Shown here piece after piece: positions 1 through 10,550 of a DNA stretch of 64,000 nt; the stretch's first letter is position 1; the number at the start of each line of letters is the position of its first letter. The stretch is from Octopus sinensis (Eukaryota), in NCBI RefSeq assembly GCF_006345805.1, contig NC_043007.1, forward strand, positions 26,412,001 to 26,476,000, in the 5' to 3' direction. The notes beneath the pieces were generated by a model. The model saw only the letters and a program-made list of their open reading frames with translations, was not told the DNA's origin and made no database searches. A program made the translations under genes and the position numbers.

Positions 1-449
1 ATGTTATTGTAGACAATCCGTTTTTCATCACTAGTGAAGATTCGATTCAAAATAAGGTTGATTTCATGGCGTTTGAGAAGAATTTCGCAAATATTGATTC
101 GTTGTGTTAAGTGAATCTCTTTCAATTTATATGGAATCCAAATATAGAGTTTCTTAATGAGTCTAAAACATTTTAAGTGTTTTCCACTTGTTGATTGTAG
201 TGCATTGAACATGTCTGCAATCTCTTGCACAGCTATGGCTTTGATTCGGTCATCATCAACTTTAGCTGGTTATCTCTGAGTGAAAGATTTCCAGAATGGA
301 ATTTTTAAAACTATTTCTGGAATTTGCGTACTGATAAGCACTCAACACCATACACTTCATATATCTCTTAGTGAGCCTCAGCAGCTTTCTTGCCTTTACA
401 GGAATGAAAAAAGCAAAATATGGCGAAAATGTTCGTTTTTGCACTCCGA
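1..449 (-). pseudogene. Mariner transposase pseudogene (N-terminal HTH region to first catalytic Asp)
   Basis: Manual minus-strand translation across frameshifts and stops: ECKNEHFRHILLF..KGKKAAEAH*EICEVYG..KFHSGNLSL..VDDDRIKA..HLKCFRLIKKLYIWIPYKLKEIHLTQRINICEILLKRHEINLILNRIFTSDEKRIVYNN. This matches the mariner WVPHEL and TGDEKW motifs. Confidence 0.9.
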
Positions 450-626
450 GTTAAAATTGAACTGGACAAACAGCTGTAAACAAGATTACGTCCAGTTTGG
501 TTCTAAAGTAAGCTAAACGTAACAGCTATCAAATTTCCATAGGAAGAACTCATAATCTTGAGATAAAAGTAATTCTAAAAAAATCGTAACTCTGTGAAAA
601 ACGATATTACTTTCTTGCCATCCCTA
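1..626 (-). mobile_element. Tc1/mariner (mariner-type) DNA transposon, 5' part; runs off the window start
   Basis: Minus-strand end reads TAGGGATGGCAAGAAAGTAATATCGTTTTT (~597-626), resembling a mariner TIR. It abuts a (TA)n tract and lies upstream of a transposase remnant. Confidence 0.85.
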
Positions 627-644
627 TATATATATATATATATG

Positions 645-728
<84 letters not shown>

Positions 729-875
729 AATTTTTTCATTTAAATAATGAGGGAGATAATTGAATGTTAATTTAATTAATATCAATCTAAAACCAGTAAC
801 CTAGCATACAAAGATCTGAAAAATCAGAGAAAATTCTAATACATGTGTATAGAATTACTTGCCCTCCAAATATAC

Positions 876-906
<31 letters not shown>

Positions 907-1060
907 CGTGTTTGTGTATGTATGTATACATATATATATATATATATATATAAATATATAATCTTGTATATATGTAATCTTGTATATGTATATATATGTA
1001 TATATATATATATATACAAGATTACGTCCTATATTTATATATATATTTATATGCACAAGA
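626..1060. repeat. (TA)n and compound (TG/TA)n microsatellites
   Basis: Direct inspection; tracts at ~626-728 and ~870-1060. Confidence 0.95.
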
Positions 1061-1608
1061 TAACACTTCCAATCAGTTAAGATCAGAAGCCATGATAGTC
1101 TCTGACTGGTATTGCAACAGGTCTACCATCAATAAGGCGGTGGGCCGGACGAAATGCTTCGTGGTATATTTTTCCAGCTTTTCATTCTATGATCAGTTGT
1201 CTGCGAAGTCAACAATTGTCCGGAAAGTTCCGATGAGTGACAGAATTACTTCCCCGAAAGTTCCGAGGAAATAAAACCGCCGCTGACTGTCAGACAGAAC
1301 TACTTGATGAGGTTTGTCTAGACACGAACAATCGTGTTTGGAAGTGCCTCGCCTATTAATAGAAGTCTATGATTGGAAAACGAAATAAAACAAAAATCAT
1401 TGAATGAAAGAAGCTCCTTTGAAAAAGGTGCAAAATTTATATTCCTCAGAATGGCTTTTCTCAGTCAGTGTTATTTCAGACATAGACTTGTGTTAACGAA
1501 TGCTTCTCGACACAGACATGTATTACTGCTTAGCCATTGTCTTGATATATCCCAGATATCAGACAATATACTTTGAATATCCTCTAATCTTACCTTGACA
1601 ACATTCAT

Positions 1609-1961
1609 CGCCAAACGAGATCGATGAAATAATTTAGCGGTTCGCCAAAGTAGATCGATGAAATAACTTAGCGGTTCGCTAATCGAGATCGACACATTAA
1701 CTTAGCGATTCACCAAATGTGATCAATTAAATAATTTAGCGGTTCGCGAAAGGAGATCGATAAAATAAGTTAGCGGTTAACCAATCAAGATCGATAAAAT
1801 AACTTAGCGGTTCGCCAATCGAGGTCGATAAAATAACGGTTCGCCAAATATGATCGATAAAATATCTTAGCGGTTCGCCAAAGGAGGCCGATAAAATATC
1901 CTAGCGGTTTGCCAAACGGGATCGATAAAATAATTTAGCGGTTCGCCAAAGGAGATCGATA
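1609..1961 (+). repeat. 34-bp minisatellite, ~10.5 degenerate units (GATCGATAAAATAACTTAGCGGTTCGCCAAAGGA)
   Basis: Units read by eye; one unit has a 5-bp deletion. The unit resembles the SINE segment TAACTTAGCGGTTCGGCAAAAGAGACCGATAGAA at ~4200 and ~32180. Confidence 0.9.
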
Positions 1962-3017
1962 TATATAATTTGTCTTTATAGACGGACAGTCAAATTTATC
2001 TACGTAATTAGCATTCTACTATAAGTAAAAGCTAAAAATGCTATTTTTGCAGGTTTCATTCAGGTATCGAGAAATTTATCGCGTCACGTTTTACCAAACT
2101 AAGCGAATTCGCCATATTTGTAGAAAACGCTTACAGAATCTAACTACATTCAATATGAATATCAGTAAGGGCGGACAAAATGAGAGAAAGACACACTGCA
2201 AATTATATTAGTAAATTATATTTCATCGAGCAAGCAAGAAGTTCTGCTTTGCTCTATTATACTTGATGCACAACAAACAACACAGACAATAAACAAAACA
2301 CGATAGTTACGGCGGCAAAAGCCTTCTTTGATCATAGGTATGATGCATCATGACTTCCCTGGGGCTAAACAAGAACATGAAGTGACAAGATTTACAACAT
2401 TCTGTTGGCGTTAATTATGTATCTCTATATTTATTATAATTATTATTATTATTTTCTTTCTTTTTTTTTCTTACTGTCATTCCTGAGACTTCCGATTAAA
2501 TGTCAAGTTATACTTCTCCTCATTTCCGGTATGCCACTATGCTGGTTCATCTAAGCAATTTTGTAGCCATTTTGATAACTGAAGAGATAGAATTCATGCG
2601 CCTGCGCACTGGAGATAACGATAGCAATTTTCAAGTGGCCATGCTTGTTGTTTTGTTCTAATCTCTCTCTATCTCTCTCTTTCTCTTTCGTTTTCTCTCT
2701 TTCTCATTATTTCTTTGTTTTACTTGAATGTCACTTCATCTTGGCTTAATACACACACACACACACACACACACACTCTCTCTCTCTCTTTCTCACACAC
2801 ACACATACACACGCACGGACACACACTCGCTATAAAGTGTACGTATGTAACTATATATGTATATGTGTGTTTGTGCATGCGTATACATATTTTCATATGT
2901 GTGTGTATGAGAGTGTTTCTGTATGTCTGTGTACATGTACGTATGAATGTAAGCATGTATATGTATGGATATTCGGGTTTGTACGTTTCTGTTCATTGGT
3001 AGGTAAAATTTTAACCT

Positions 3018-3605
3018 ATTTCTTTACTACCCACAAGGAACTAAACACAGAGAGGACAAACAAGGACAGTCGAACGGATTAAGTCGATTATATCGACCTC
3101 AGTGCGTAACTGGTACTTAATTTATCGACCCCGAAAGGCAAAGTCGACCTCGGCGGAATTTGAACTCAGAACGTAGCAGCAGACGAAATACTTATTTCTT
3201 TACTACCCACAAGGAACTAAACACATAGAGGAGACAAACAAGGACAGTCGAACGGATTAAGTCGATTATATCGACCTCAGTGCGTAACTCGTACTTAATT
3301 TATCGACCCCGAAAGGCAAAGTCAACCTCGGCGGAATTTGAACTCAGAACGTAGCAGCAGACGAAATACTTATTTCTTCACTACCCACAAGGAACTAAAC
3401 ACATAGAGGAGACAAACAAGGACAGTCGAACGGATTAAGTCGATTATATCGACCTCAGTGCGTAACTCGTACTTAATTTATCGACCCCGAAAAGATTAAA
3501 GGCAAAGTCGACCTCGGCGGAATTTGAACTCAGAACGTAGCGGCAGATGAAATACGGCTAAGCATTTCGCCCGGCGTGCTAACGTTTCTACCAGCTCGCC
3601 GCCTT
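3018..3605 (-). mobile_element. tRNA-derived SINE (family A), one head plus three body/tail units
   Basis: Three ~176-bp units plus a head (minus: AAGGCGGCGAGCTGG..GTTCTGAGTTCAAATTCC). Perfect 15-bp TSD GTAAAATTTTAACCT at 3003-3017 and 3606-3620. Confidence 0.9.
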
Positions 3606-3729
3606 GTAAAATTTTAACCTTTTAAACAATATACACACGTTACTTCCTTTTCCTCTAGCCGTGTATTTATCTAACTCTATTTCTTTCTCGAGACGTGCGT
3701 TTATATATATATTCATATGTATGTATGGT

Positions 3730-3843
3730 GGAGGCGCAATGGCCCAGTGGTTAGGGCAGCGGACTCGCGGTCGGAGGACCGCGGTTTCGACTCCCAGACC
3801 GGGCGTTGTGTGTGTTTATTGAGCGAAAACACCTAAAAGCTCA
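3730..3843 (+). mobile_element. tRNA-derived SINE head (family B), truncated
   Basis: GGAGGCGCAATGGCCCAGTGGTTAGGGCAGCGG..GGTTTCGACTCCC with A/B boxes; same head at 48731. Confidence 0.8.
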
Positions 3844-3943
3844 AGTGGATGGGACTAGACAGAGGAAACTGTACGGAAGCACGTTAGATGTATTATTGTT
3901 ATGATTCATACCCAAACTTTATCAAAGGCGTAGTAGTTGATGT

Positions 3944-4345
3944 GTGGTAAGTAGCTTGCTTGCCAACTATATAGTTGCGGGTTCATTCCCACTGCGTGGC
4001 ACCTTGGGCAAGTGTCTTCTACTAAAACCTCAGGCCGACCAAAGCCTTGTGAGCGGATTTGGTAGACGGAAACTGAAAGAAGCACGTCGTATATATGTAT
4101 ATGTATATATATGTGTGTGTGTGTGTATATGTTTGTGTGTCTGTGTTTGTTCTCCCCCAACATCGCTTGACAGCCGATGCTGGTGTGTTTACGTCCCCAT
4201 AACTTAGCGGTTCGGCAAAAAAGACCTATAGAATAAGTACTAAGCTTACAAATAATAAGTCCTGGGGTCGATTTGGTCGACTGAAGGCGGTGCCCCAGCA
4301 TGGCCACAGTCAAATGAGAGAAACAAGGAAAAGAGTAAAAGAGTA
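3944..4345 (+). mobile_element. CORE-like SINE (family C) with internal TA/TG microsatellite
   Basis: tRNA-like head, GCACCTTGGGCAAGTGTCTT core, internal microsatellite, tail ending in AAAAGAGT repeats. Homologues at 6517-7378, 31703-32327 and 53853-54305. Confidence 0.85.
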
Positions 4346-4789
4346 AACCAAAACGGAAACTTAAGGGATTAGCTTGTAGTTTTTTTTAAGGATTTCTACA
4401 GGAGAAAGCACGCATCTATGCAAAATTTACTCACGTAAAACTTTATCCAAGTTGTTCAGTTGGTCGAACGACTGGAATTACCATCAACGACAACGACGGA
4501 GATCCCTTCTTCTTTCACGTTATTACATTCCATCCACGACGCTTTCTAACTTTAGCGATTATAGACCGGAAATGAATCGAAGTCTTATTGCCATATAAAA
4601 GATGCTAAAAGCTCAGAGCTAAAGAGTATCTGAAACCTAAATGAGAATGGATCAAAATCGAACCTTTGGCTATAAAATATCTAAATTTTATCACTGAAGC
4701 GGAAATATTAGAGGTGTCAACGAACGGCCATAAAATAGTTTGTGGCCGGCTTTCTGGCCTGCTGGGTGTCTGGCTGGTTCGTTCGACGG

Positions 4790-5283
4790 TTGGTTAGTGG
4801 TAATGATGTTGATGATAGCGGGAATGATAAAACTGTTGTTGTTGTTGTTATTAGTTGTGGTGGTGGTTGTGGTGGTGGTGGTGGTTGTGGTGGTGGTTCT
4901 GGCGTTGATGCTGTTTGTAATAGTTGTTGTACTGCTGCTGCTGCTGCTGCTGAGGGTCGGGGATCCTGGTGCTGGGTGTGTTGGAAAAGTAATGGGCGTT
5001 GCGGTGGTGGAGGTTGTGCTAATGGTGATTACCCTGGTTTGCGATAGCAGTGTAACGGAGGTAGTTATAGTGGTGGTGGTGGTGGTGGTAGTGGTGGTAG
5101 TGGTGGCGGTGGTGGTGGTGGCAGAAGCAGTGTTTGCTGAGTTGGCTGAGATTGTTGTGTTAGTCGTGGTGTTGGTGGTGGTTGTTCCGGTACTGGTGTT
5201 AAAAACGCTGACGTAAGTTAGTGGTAATTCTAGTGGCAGTGAAGCTAGTACTAGTAGTAGTAGTAGTACTAGTAGTTGTTGTT

Positions 5284-5314
<31 letters not shown>

Positions 5315-6350
5315 CAGTAGATGTAGTAGTGGTGCTGCTGCTGCAAGTAGCAGTAGTAGTATTGTTATTGCTGTTCGTGGTGGTGGTGGTGGTGGCGGTG
5401 ATTGTGTCCTTGGCAACGAAGTGGTAATGGTGGTAGTAGGGGCTCAAAAATGTTGGTAAAAACGATGAAGAGCTGGTAACGGCGTGTCGTGTCGGTGGTG
5501 TAGTGACGCCGGTGGCGCTGGTGGTAGTTTTAGTGGTTAATTCTTATGCTGGTATTAATGGTTAATGGATTGTATAGTCGTAGTGGTGAGTAGTAGTGGT
5601 TGGGTGGTAGTTGCGTTTGTGTTAGTGTTGATGTTATGATGGTATTAAGGATGGTTTGAATGTAGTATAGGTGTTGGTTGTGTTGGTGATTAATCGTGGT
5701 GTTGGTGTTAATGGTCGGTAACGATTCGGGTGGTAGTGCTGGTGAAGATGTTGATGGTGACGGTATTGTAGAGGTTGTTGTATAAATGATGGTGGTGGTT
5801 GTAGTGGTAGTGGTGGTGGTGGATGTGATGACTGTGGTGTTGTTGTTGTTGGTGGTGGTTGTTGTGTTGATGATGGTGGTTGTAGTTGTATTAGTACTGG
5901 TTGTAGTGGTGGTGGTGTTTGCGCTGGTGGGGCCAGTATTGGTATTAAAGAGATGGTGGTAGTGTTGGTAGTAGTAATGGTTGTGGCAGTGATGCTGATC
6001 GTTGAGGAGGTGGTGATAGCAGCAATGGTATCGGTGGTGATAGTGGTGGTGGTAGTGGTGGGGCTAGTGGTGTCGGCGGCGGTGACGTTGGTGGTGGTGA
6101 TGGTGGTGATGGCAGTGGTAGGGGCGGCGGTAGGATGTATGCTAAAATGGTGGTGGATGTTGCATTATAGAAAGTTGATGGTGAAGATTGTATTTTTTTA
6201 TTGAGGGCAACGGGAATCCAATGAAAATGGTGGCGCTCATGATAATATTAATGACGACGACGACGACCTTGATGATGATGATGATGATGATGAGGAGGAG
6301 GAGGAGGAGGACGACGACGACGACGACGACGATGACGCTGTGATAGCGAC
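4790..6350. repeat. Degenerate trinucleotide low-complexity tract (GGT/GTT/AGT/GAT)
   Basis: Direct inspection; gives poly-V/poly-T ORFs on both strands. Confidence 0.9.
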
Positions 6351-6516
6351 GGTAGCGGGTAAATTTGTAATTGTAATGTCGCTGAAATCAAGATCAAACC
6401 AGTTCTGCGATCAAGCACATTACAGCCATGACCATCTCGTCTGTTCTTCACTTTATTCTTATTTCTTTTTTTTTTTTTCGGAATAGTCATCTAGTCAGGA
6501 TTAGATCGCAATTTTC

Positions 6517-6748
6517 ATACTCTTTTTACTCTTTTACTTGTTTCAGTCATTTGACTGCGGCCATTCTGGAGCAACGCCTTTAGTCGAGAAAATCGACCCC
6601 AGGACTTATTATTTGGATAGGCTTCATTGGAAGCCTAGTACTTATTATATCGGTCTCTTTTAGCGAACCGCCAAGTTACGGGGACGTAAACACACCAGCA
6701 TCGGTTTTCAAGCAATGTTGGGGGACAAACAAAGGCACACAAACATAT

Positions 6749-6814
<66 letters not shown>

Positions 6815-7137
6815 CCGAGATGTACTCGCATAGCAAGTGATTTGATCTGAGATCGTGTGCTGAAACGAAAACAATTGCAGCGTGGAAGGTGTTTGTAAGC
6901 CATTTAAGAAACACACAAAAGCCGTTCGATTCACTTCAACATTCAAGTTTAAATTGTCAAAATATTTTCGTGGCTAAAATCCGCGACCTGTTCACTGAGA
7001 TGCAGCACGGATTTTTGTCAGTGAACTGGTCGCGGATTTTAGTGACGAAAATATTTTGACAAATTAAACTTAAATTTTGAAGTGAATCGAACGGCTTTTG
7101 TGTGTTTCTTAAATGGCTTACAAACACCTTCCACGCT

Positions 7138-7210
<73 letters not shown>

Positions 7211-7378
7211 CGATACGACGGACTTCCTTCAGTTCCGCCTACCATATCCACTCACAAGACTTTAGTCGACCCGAGGCTATAGTAGACGACACTTTTCCAA
7301 GGTGCCACGCAGTGGGAATGAACCCAGAAGCATGTGGTTGGTAAGCAAGCTACTTACCACACAGCCGCTCCTGCGCCT
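6517..7378 (-). mobile_element. Family C SINE interrupted in its internal microsatellite by a foldback element
   Basis: Tail at 6517-6760 and head at ~7213-7378 are both on the minus strand and collinear with the 3944-4345 copy. Confidence 0.8.
6813..7141. mobile_element. Foldback/MITE-like element with ~124-bp inverted arms, inserted in (TA)n
   Basis: Arms 6875-6998 and 7018-7141 are near-perfect reverse complements around a 19-bp loop. An unpaired ~60-bp left extension contains the hairpin GATC-TGA-GATC. Confidence 0.8.
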
Positions 7379-7471
7379 ATATATACGAATCATGTTTATT
7401 TTTATTTTACATATAAAGGGTTTTAGAGAGATGTGGTTGTGATTTTTAACAGCTTGATCTATCTTTTTGCG

Positions 7472-7656
7472 CAGTGATCAGCAACCGGTGTGCCGCGGCA
7501 CATTGGTATGCCATGAGATGACGCTAGGTATCCCGCAGTGTAACCTCAATATAATTTTTCCCCTATACTGTTAGTTATATTTTCAATTCGTCTGCCGCCG
7601 AATTCTGGAAAGAATATAAGTATAACTCAAATAAAAAAAAAGGTTGCTGAGCTCTG
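7472..7656 (+). mobile_element. hAT-like MITE
   Basis: Imperfect TIRs CAGTGATCAGCAACC / GGTTGCTGAGCTCTG followed by GGTGTGCCGCGGCAC, typical of hAT/Charlie MITEs. No 8-bp TSD seen. Confidence 0.5.
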
Positions 7657-7903
7657 AATTAGGGCAGCGTTTTTCAATCTCTTTATCAATGAATGGGTAA
7701 ATTATCGCCATTTTATATTTTTAATTTCGCGCTCGCACATCGTTTATTTTCGATTTTGTCGACTACACAGTATAGTAGGGTCGGTTGAGTACCGTCTGTG
7801 AGAAAAACATTATCATGATGCAATTCGGTCTGCCAGAAATTTGGAGATGTCACGCTGTACTGCTGGTCATTTGCACCGGAAGCTCCAATACGAGCAGATG
7901 GTG

Positions 7904-7982
<79 letters not shown>

Positions 7983-8129
7983 GAAAACATAAATATATGC
8001 GTGTGTGTATGTATTTGCATGTGAGTGTGGATACATACATGTATGTAATTATTCAGTTTATTTCAAGATTTTTTGCCAATAAAGAACAGTTTCTAACCTA
8101 GAATTTCAACATCAACAAGAGTGTATTTT

Positions 8130-8500
8130 TGTATGTATGTATCTATGCATGCATGTATGTATGTATGTATGTATGTATGTATGTATGTATCTATGTATGT
8201 ATGTATGTATCTATGTATGTATGTATGTATGTATGTATCTATGTATGTATGTATGTATGTATGTATGTATCTATGTATGTATGTATGTATGTATGTGTAT
8301 ATGCATGTGTGTGCATGTATGTACGTACGTACGTATTTGTGTGTGTATGTATGCATTTATGTTTGTATGCATTCATGTATGTATGTATCGATCTATCTAT
8401 CCATCTATCTGTCTATAATACATATATATACTGACATACACGTAAATATATATATATATATAAATATATATATATACATGTTTGTGTGCGTGTGTGTGTG
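8130..8500. repeat. (TATG)n and mixed microsatellites
   Basis: Direct inspection. Confidence 0.95.
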
Positions 8501-8923
8501 AGTATATATATGTATGCATCCATATAATACACATGCATTCATAAACGCATAAACGTATAAGGTTGAACAGCATTTGCATGTAGAGTAATTACAGGAACAA
8601 TTATTTGCCGATTTGATTGATAGTTGAAATAAGAGAACATAGGAAAACCGAATTGTAACGTAATCCACATCGGGACCGTTTGTTCTGATGTGTCTATCAT
8701 TTTATATTCCGACGGAAGAAAGCTTATCAGAAAAAGATTATAGACCTTTTTCCATAGATATTTCTTGGCTGAATTTCAGAATTCTGACTTGGCAAAATAC
8801 CAACATTCGGTGAATTCTTTATGTGTGATCAACAGTGAAAAATTACATCTGTCGTTTGTCTCCCTTGGTAAAAGAGCTCTTTTGAAAAGTTTAAACAATT
8901 ATTTATTCACGTTTATGTCGTTG

Positions 8924-8924
<1 letters not shown>

Positions 8925-8984
<60 letters not shown>

Positions 8985-9032
8985 CATCATCATCCTTCTT
9001 CTTCTTCTTCTTGTTATTATTATTATTATTAC

Positions 9033-9068
<36 letters not shown>

Positions 9069-9090
9069 CATCATCATCATCATCATCATC
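8925..9090. repeat. (TTA)n/(TCA)n/(TCT)n compound microsatellite
   Basis: Direct inspection. Confidence 0.95.
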
Positions 9091-9921
9091 GGAGAATCAT
9101 CGGAGTGTCTTGTAGTATTTGTAGCACTCTTTTATTTTTATGTTCTGGGTTCAAATGCTGTTTACGTCGGCTTTTCCTCTCATCCTTTCACGAACGGTAA
9201 AATAAAATGTCAGTCAAAATTCTGATGTCACTGTAATCGTCTGACTTATTCCTTTCTTCTCAAAATTGTAGGCCGTGTGTTTCTTGTAGAATGGTTAGCA
9301 CGCTGGAGAAAATGCTTCACAACTTTTCGACCGTCTTTGCATTTTGTGTTCAAATTCCACCGTGGTTGACTTTGCCTTTCAACACTACGGGGGTCAATAA
9401 AATAAATACCAGTTGTACACTGGAGTCGATGTTTTCGAACAACACCCTCTGTCCCAAAATAATAATTATGGTTTCAGATTTAGGCATAAGGTCAACAATT
9501 CGACCCCAGTACTTGACTGTAACTTATTGTATCGACGCCAAAGGGAGGAAGACAAACTCAGACAAAAGAAAGGTCGCTAGGCATTTTGCCTGGTGTACTA
9601 ATTCATAAATTTGCGTAATGATATGACTAGCGCAGAACAGAACTTCCGCTTCATCATGTACCCATATGTATATAATTTTACTTTGCTAGGACTTTATGTA
9701 TTGTATCTCAGAGATGCAAGTATAGCAATATTGTATTGCGCAAAATACCGTGTGACAAGACTTGCTTTAGCAAAGCGCGAATGAAGAGGTATTTATGATG
9801 CCCGCTCAAAGTCAATTGAAACATTTAGTAATCAATTTCGGAAAAAAAAATATTGACTTTTTTGCTATTCTTGAGGATGGTCATCCTTCGCTAATTAAAA
9901 ATATGAATTATTTGATCTTCA

Positions 9922-9985
<64 letters not shown>

Positions 9986-10481
9986 GAGTGAGAGAGCAGT
10001 GCATGCCATCAAAGTGACACCGGAGTAAAATATACGAAGCCCAATATACCCATCATGACTACCCGTCTGATAAGGGTTCACCAGGCACATGCATCACAAA
10101 CATATGTGCGCGACATGGTGATCTCATATCAAGATAAACAGCACATGACCTTGCAGGTGGGGCCCAGTTAGAATTTTCTTCAGGTTGAGTAGCCCATCCC
10201 GCTCAAAAGGTCCCTGAATAAGGATTGTTGAAGGATGTTGAAAGAACCACCCATGTTTCCAGAGGTGAATTATTCAAACCCCAAAGAATCCCTCTCAACA
10301 CATGGTTATGATGCTCCCCCACTACTTCTGCTCGTGATCAGAGATGCACATATCGACAGCCACTAAGGGACATGCTCAACTGGTTAAGATCAAACAACTG
10401 ACAAGCAATATTGAGCAGAATTATTGCTGTAGCCCATCTTTATCCAAACAAAACAACGTACATGATTAAACACTTCCAATC

Positions 10482-10486
<5 letters not shown>
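9986..10486. mobile_element. ~500-bp non-coding interspersed repeat flanked on both sides by (TTA)n
   Basis: (TTA)n at 9925-9984 and 10487-10550. Its right end ACACTTCCAATCAGT recurs at ~1070. I recognise it as a common octopus-type repeat. Confidence 0.55.
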
Positions 10487-10527
<41 letters not shown>

Positions 10528-10550
10528 TATTATTATTATTATTATTATTA

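Noticed and set aside
1609-1961. CRISPR-like appearance of ~30-bp repeats with short variable ends
   Set aside because: Units are directly adjacent with only 3-5 variable bases and no unique spacers. There are no cas genes, the context is eukaryotic, and the unit derives from a SINE.
3730-3810. tRNA genes at SINE heads (also 33305, 48731, 58934 and others)
   Set aside because: They have A/B boxes but no convincing acceptor-stem cloverleaf, and they continue into SINE bodies.
4691-6490. Mucin-like Thr-rich and poly-Val ORFs
   Set aside because: Degenerate triplet repeats open in several frames on both strands, with no domain or splice support.
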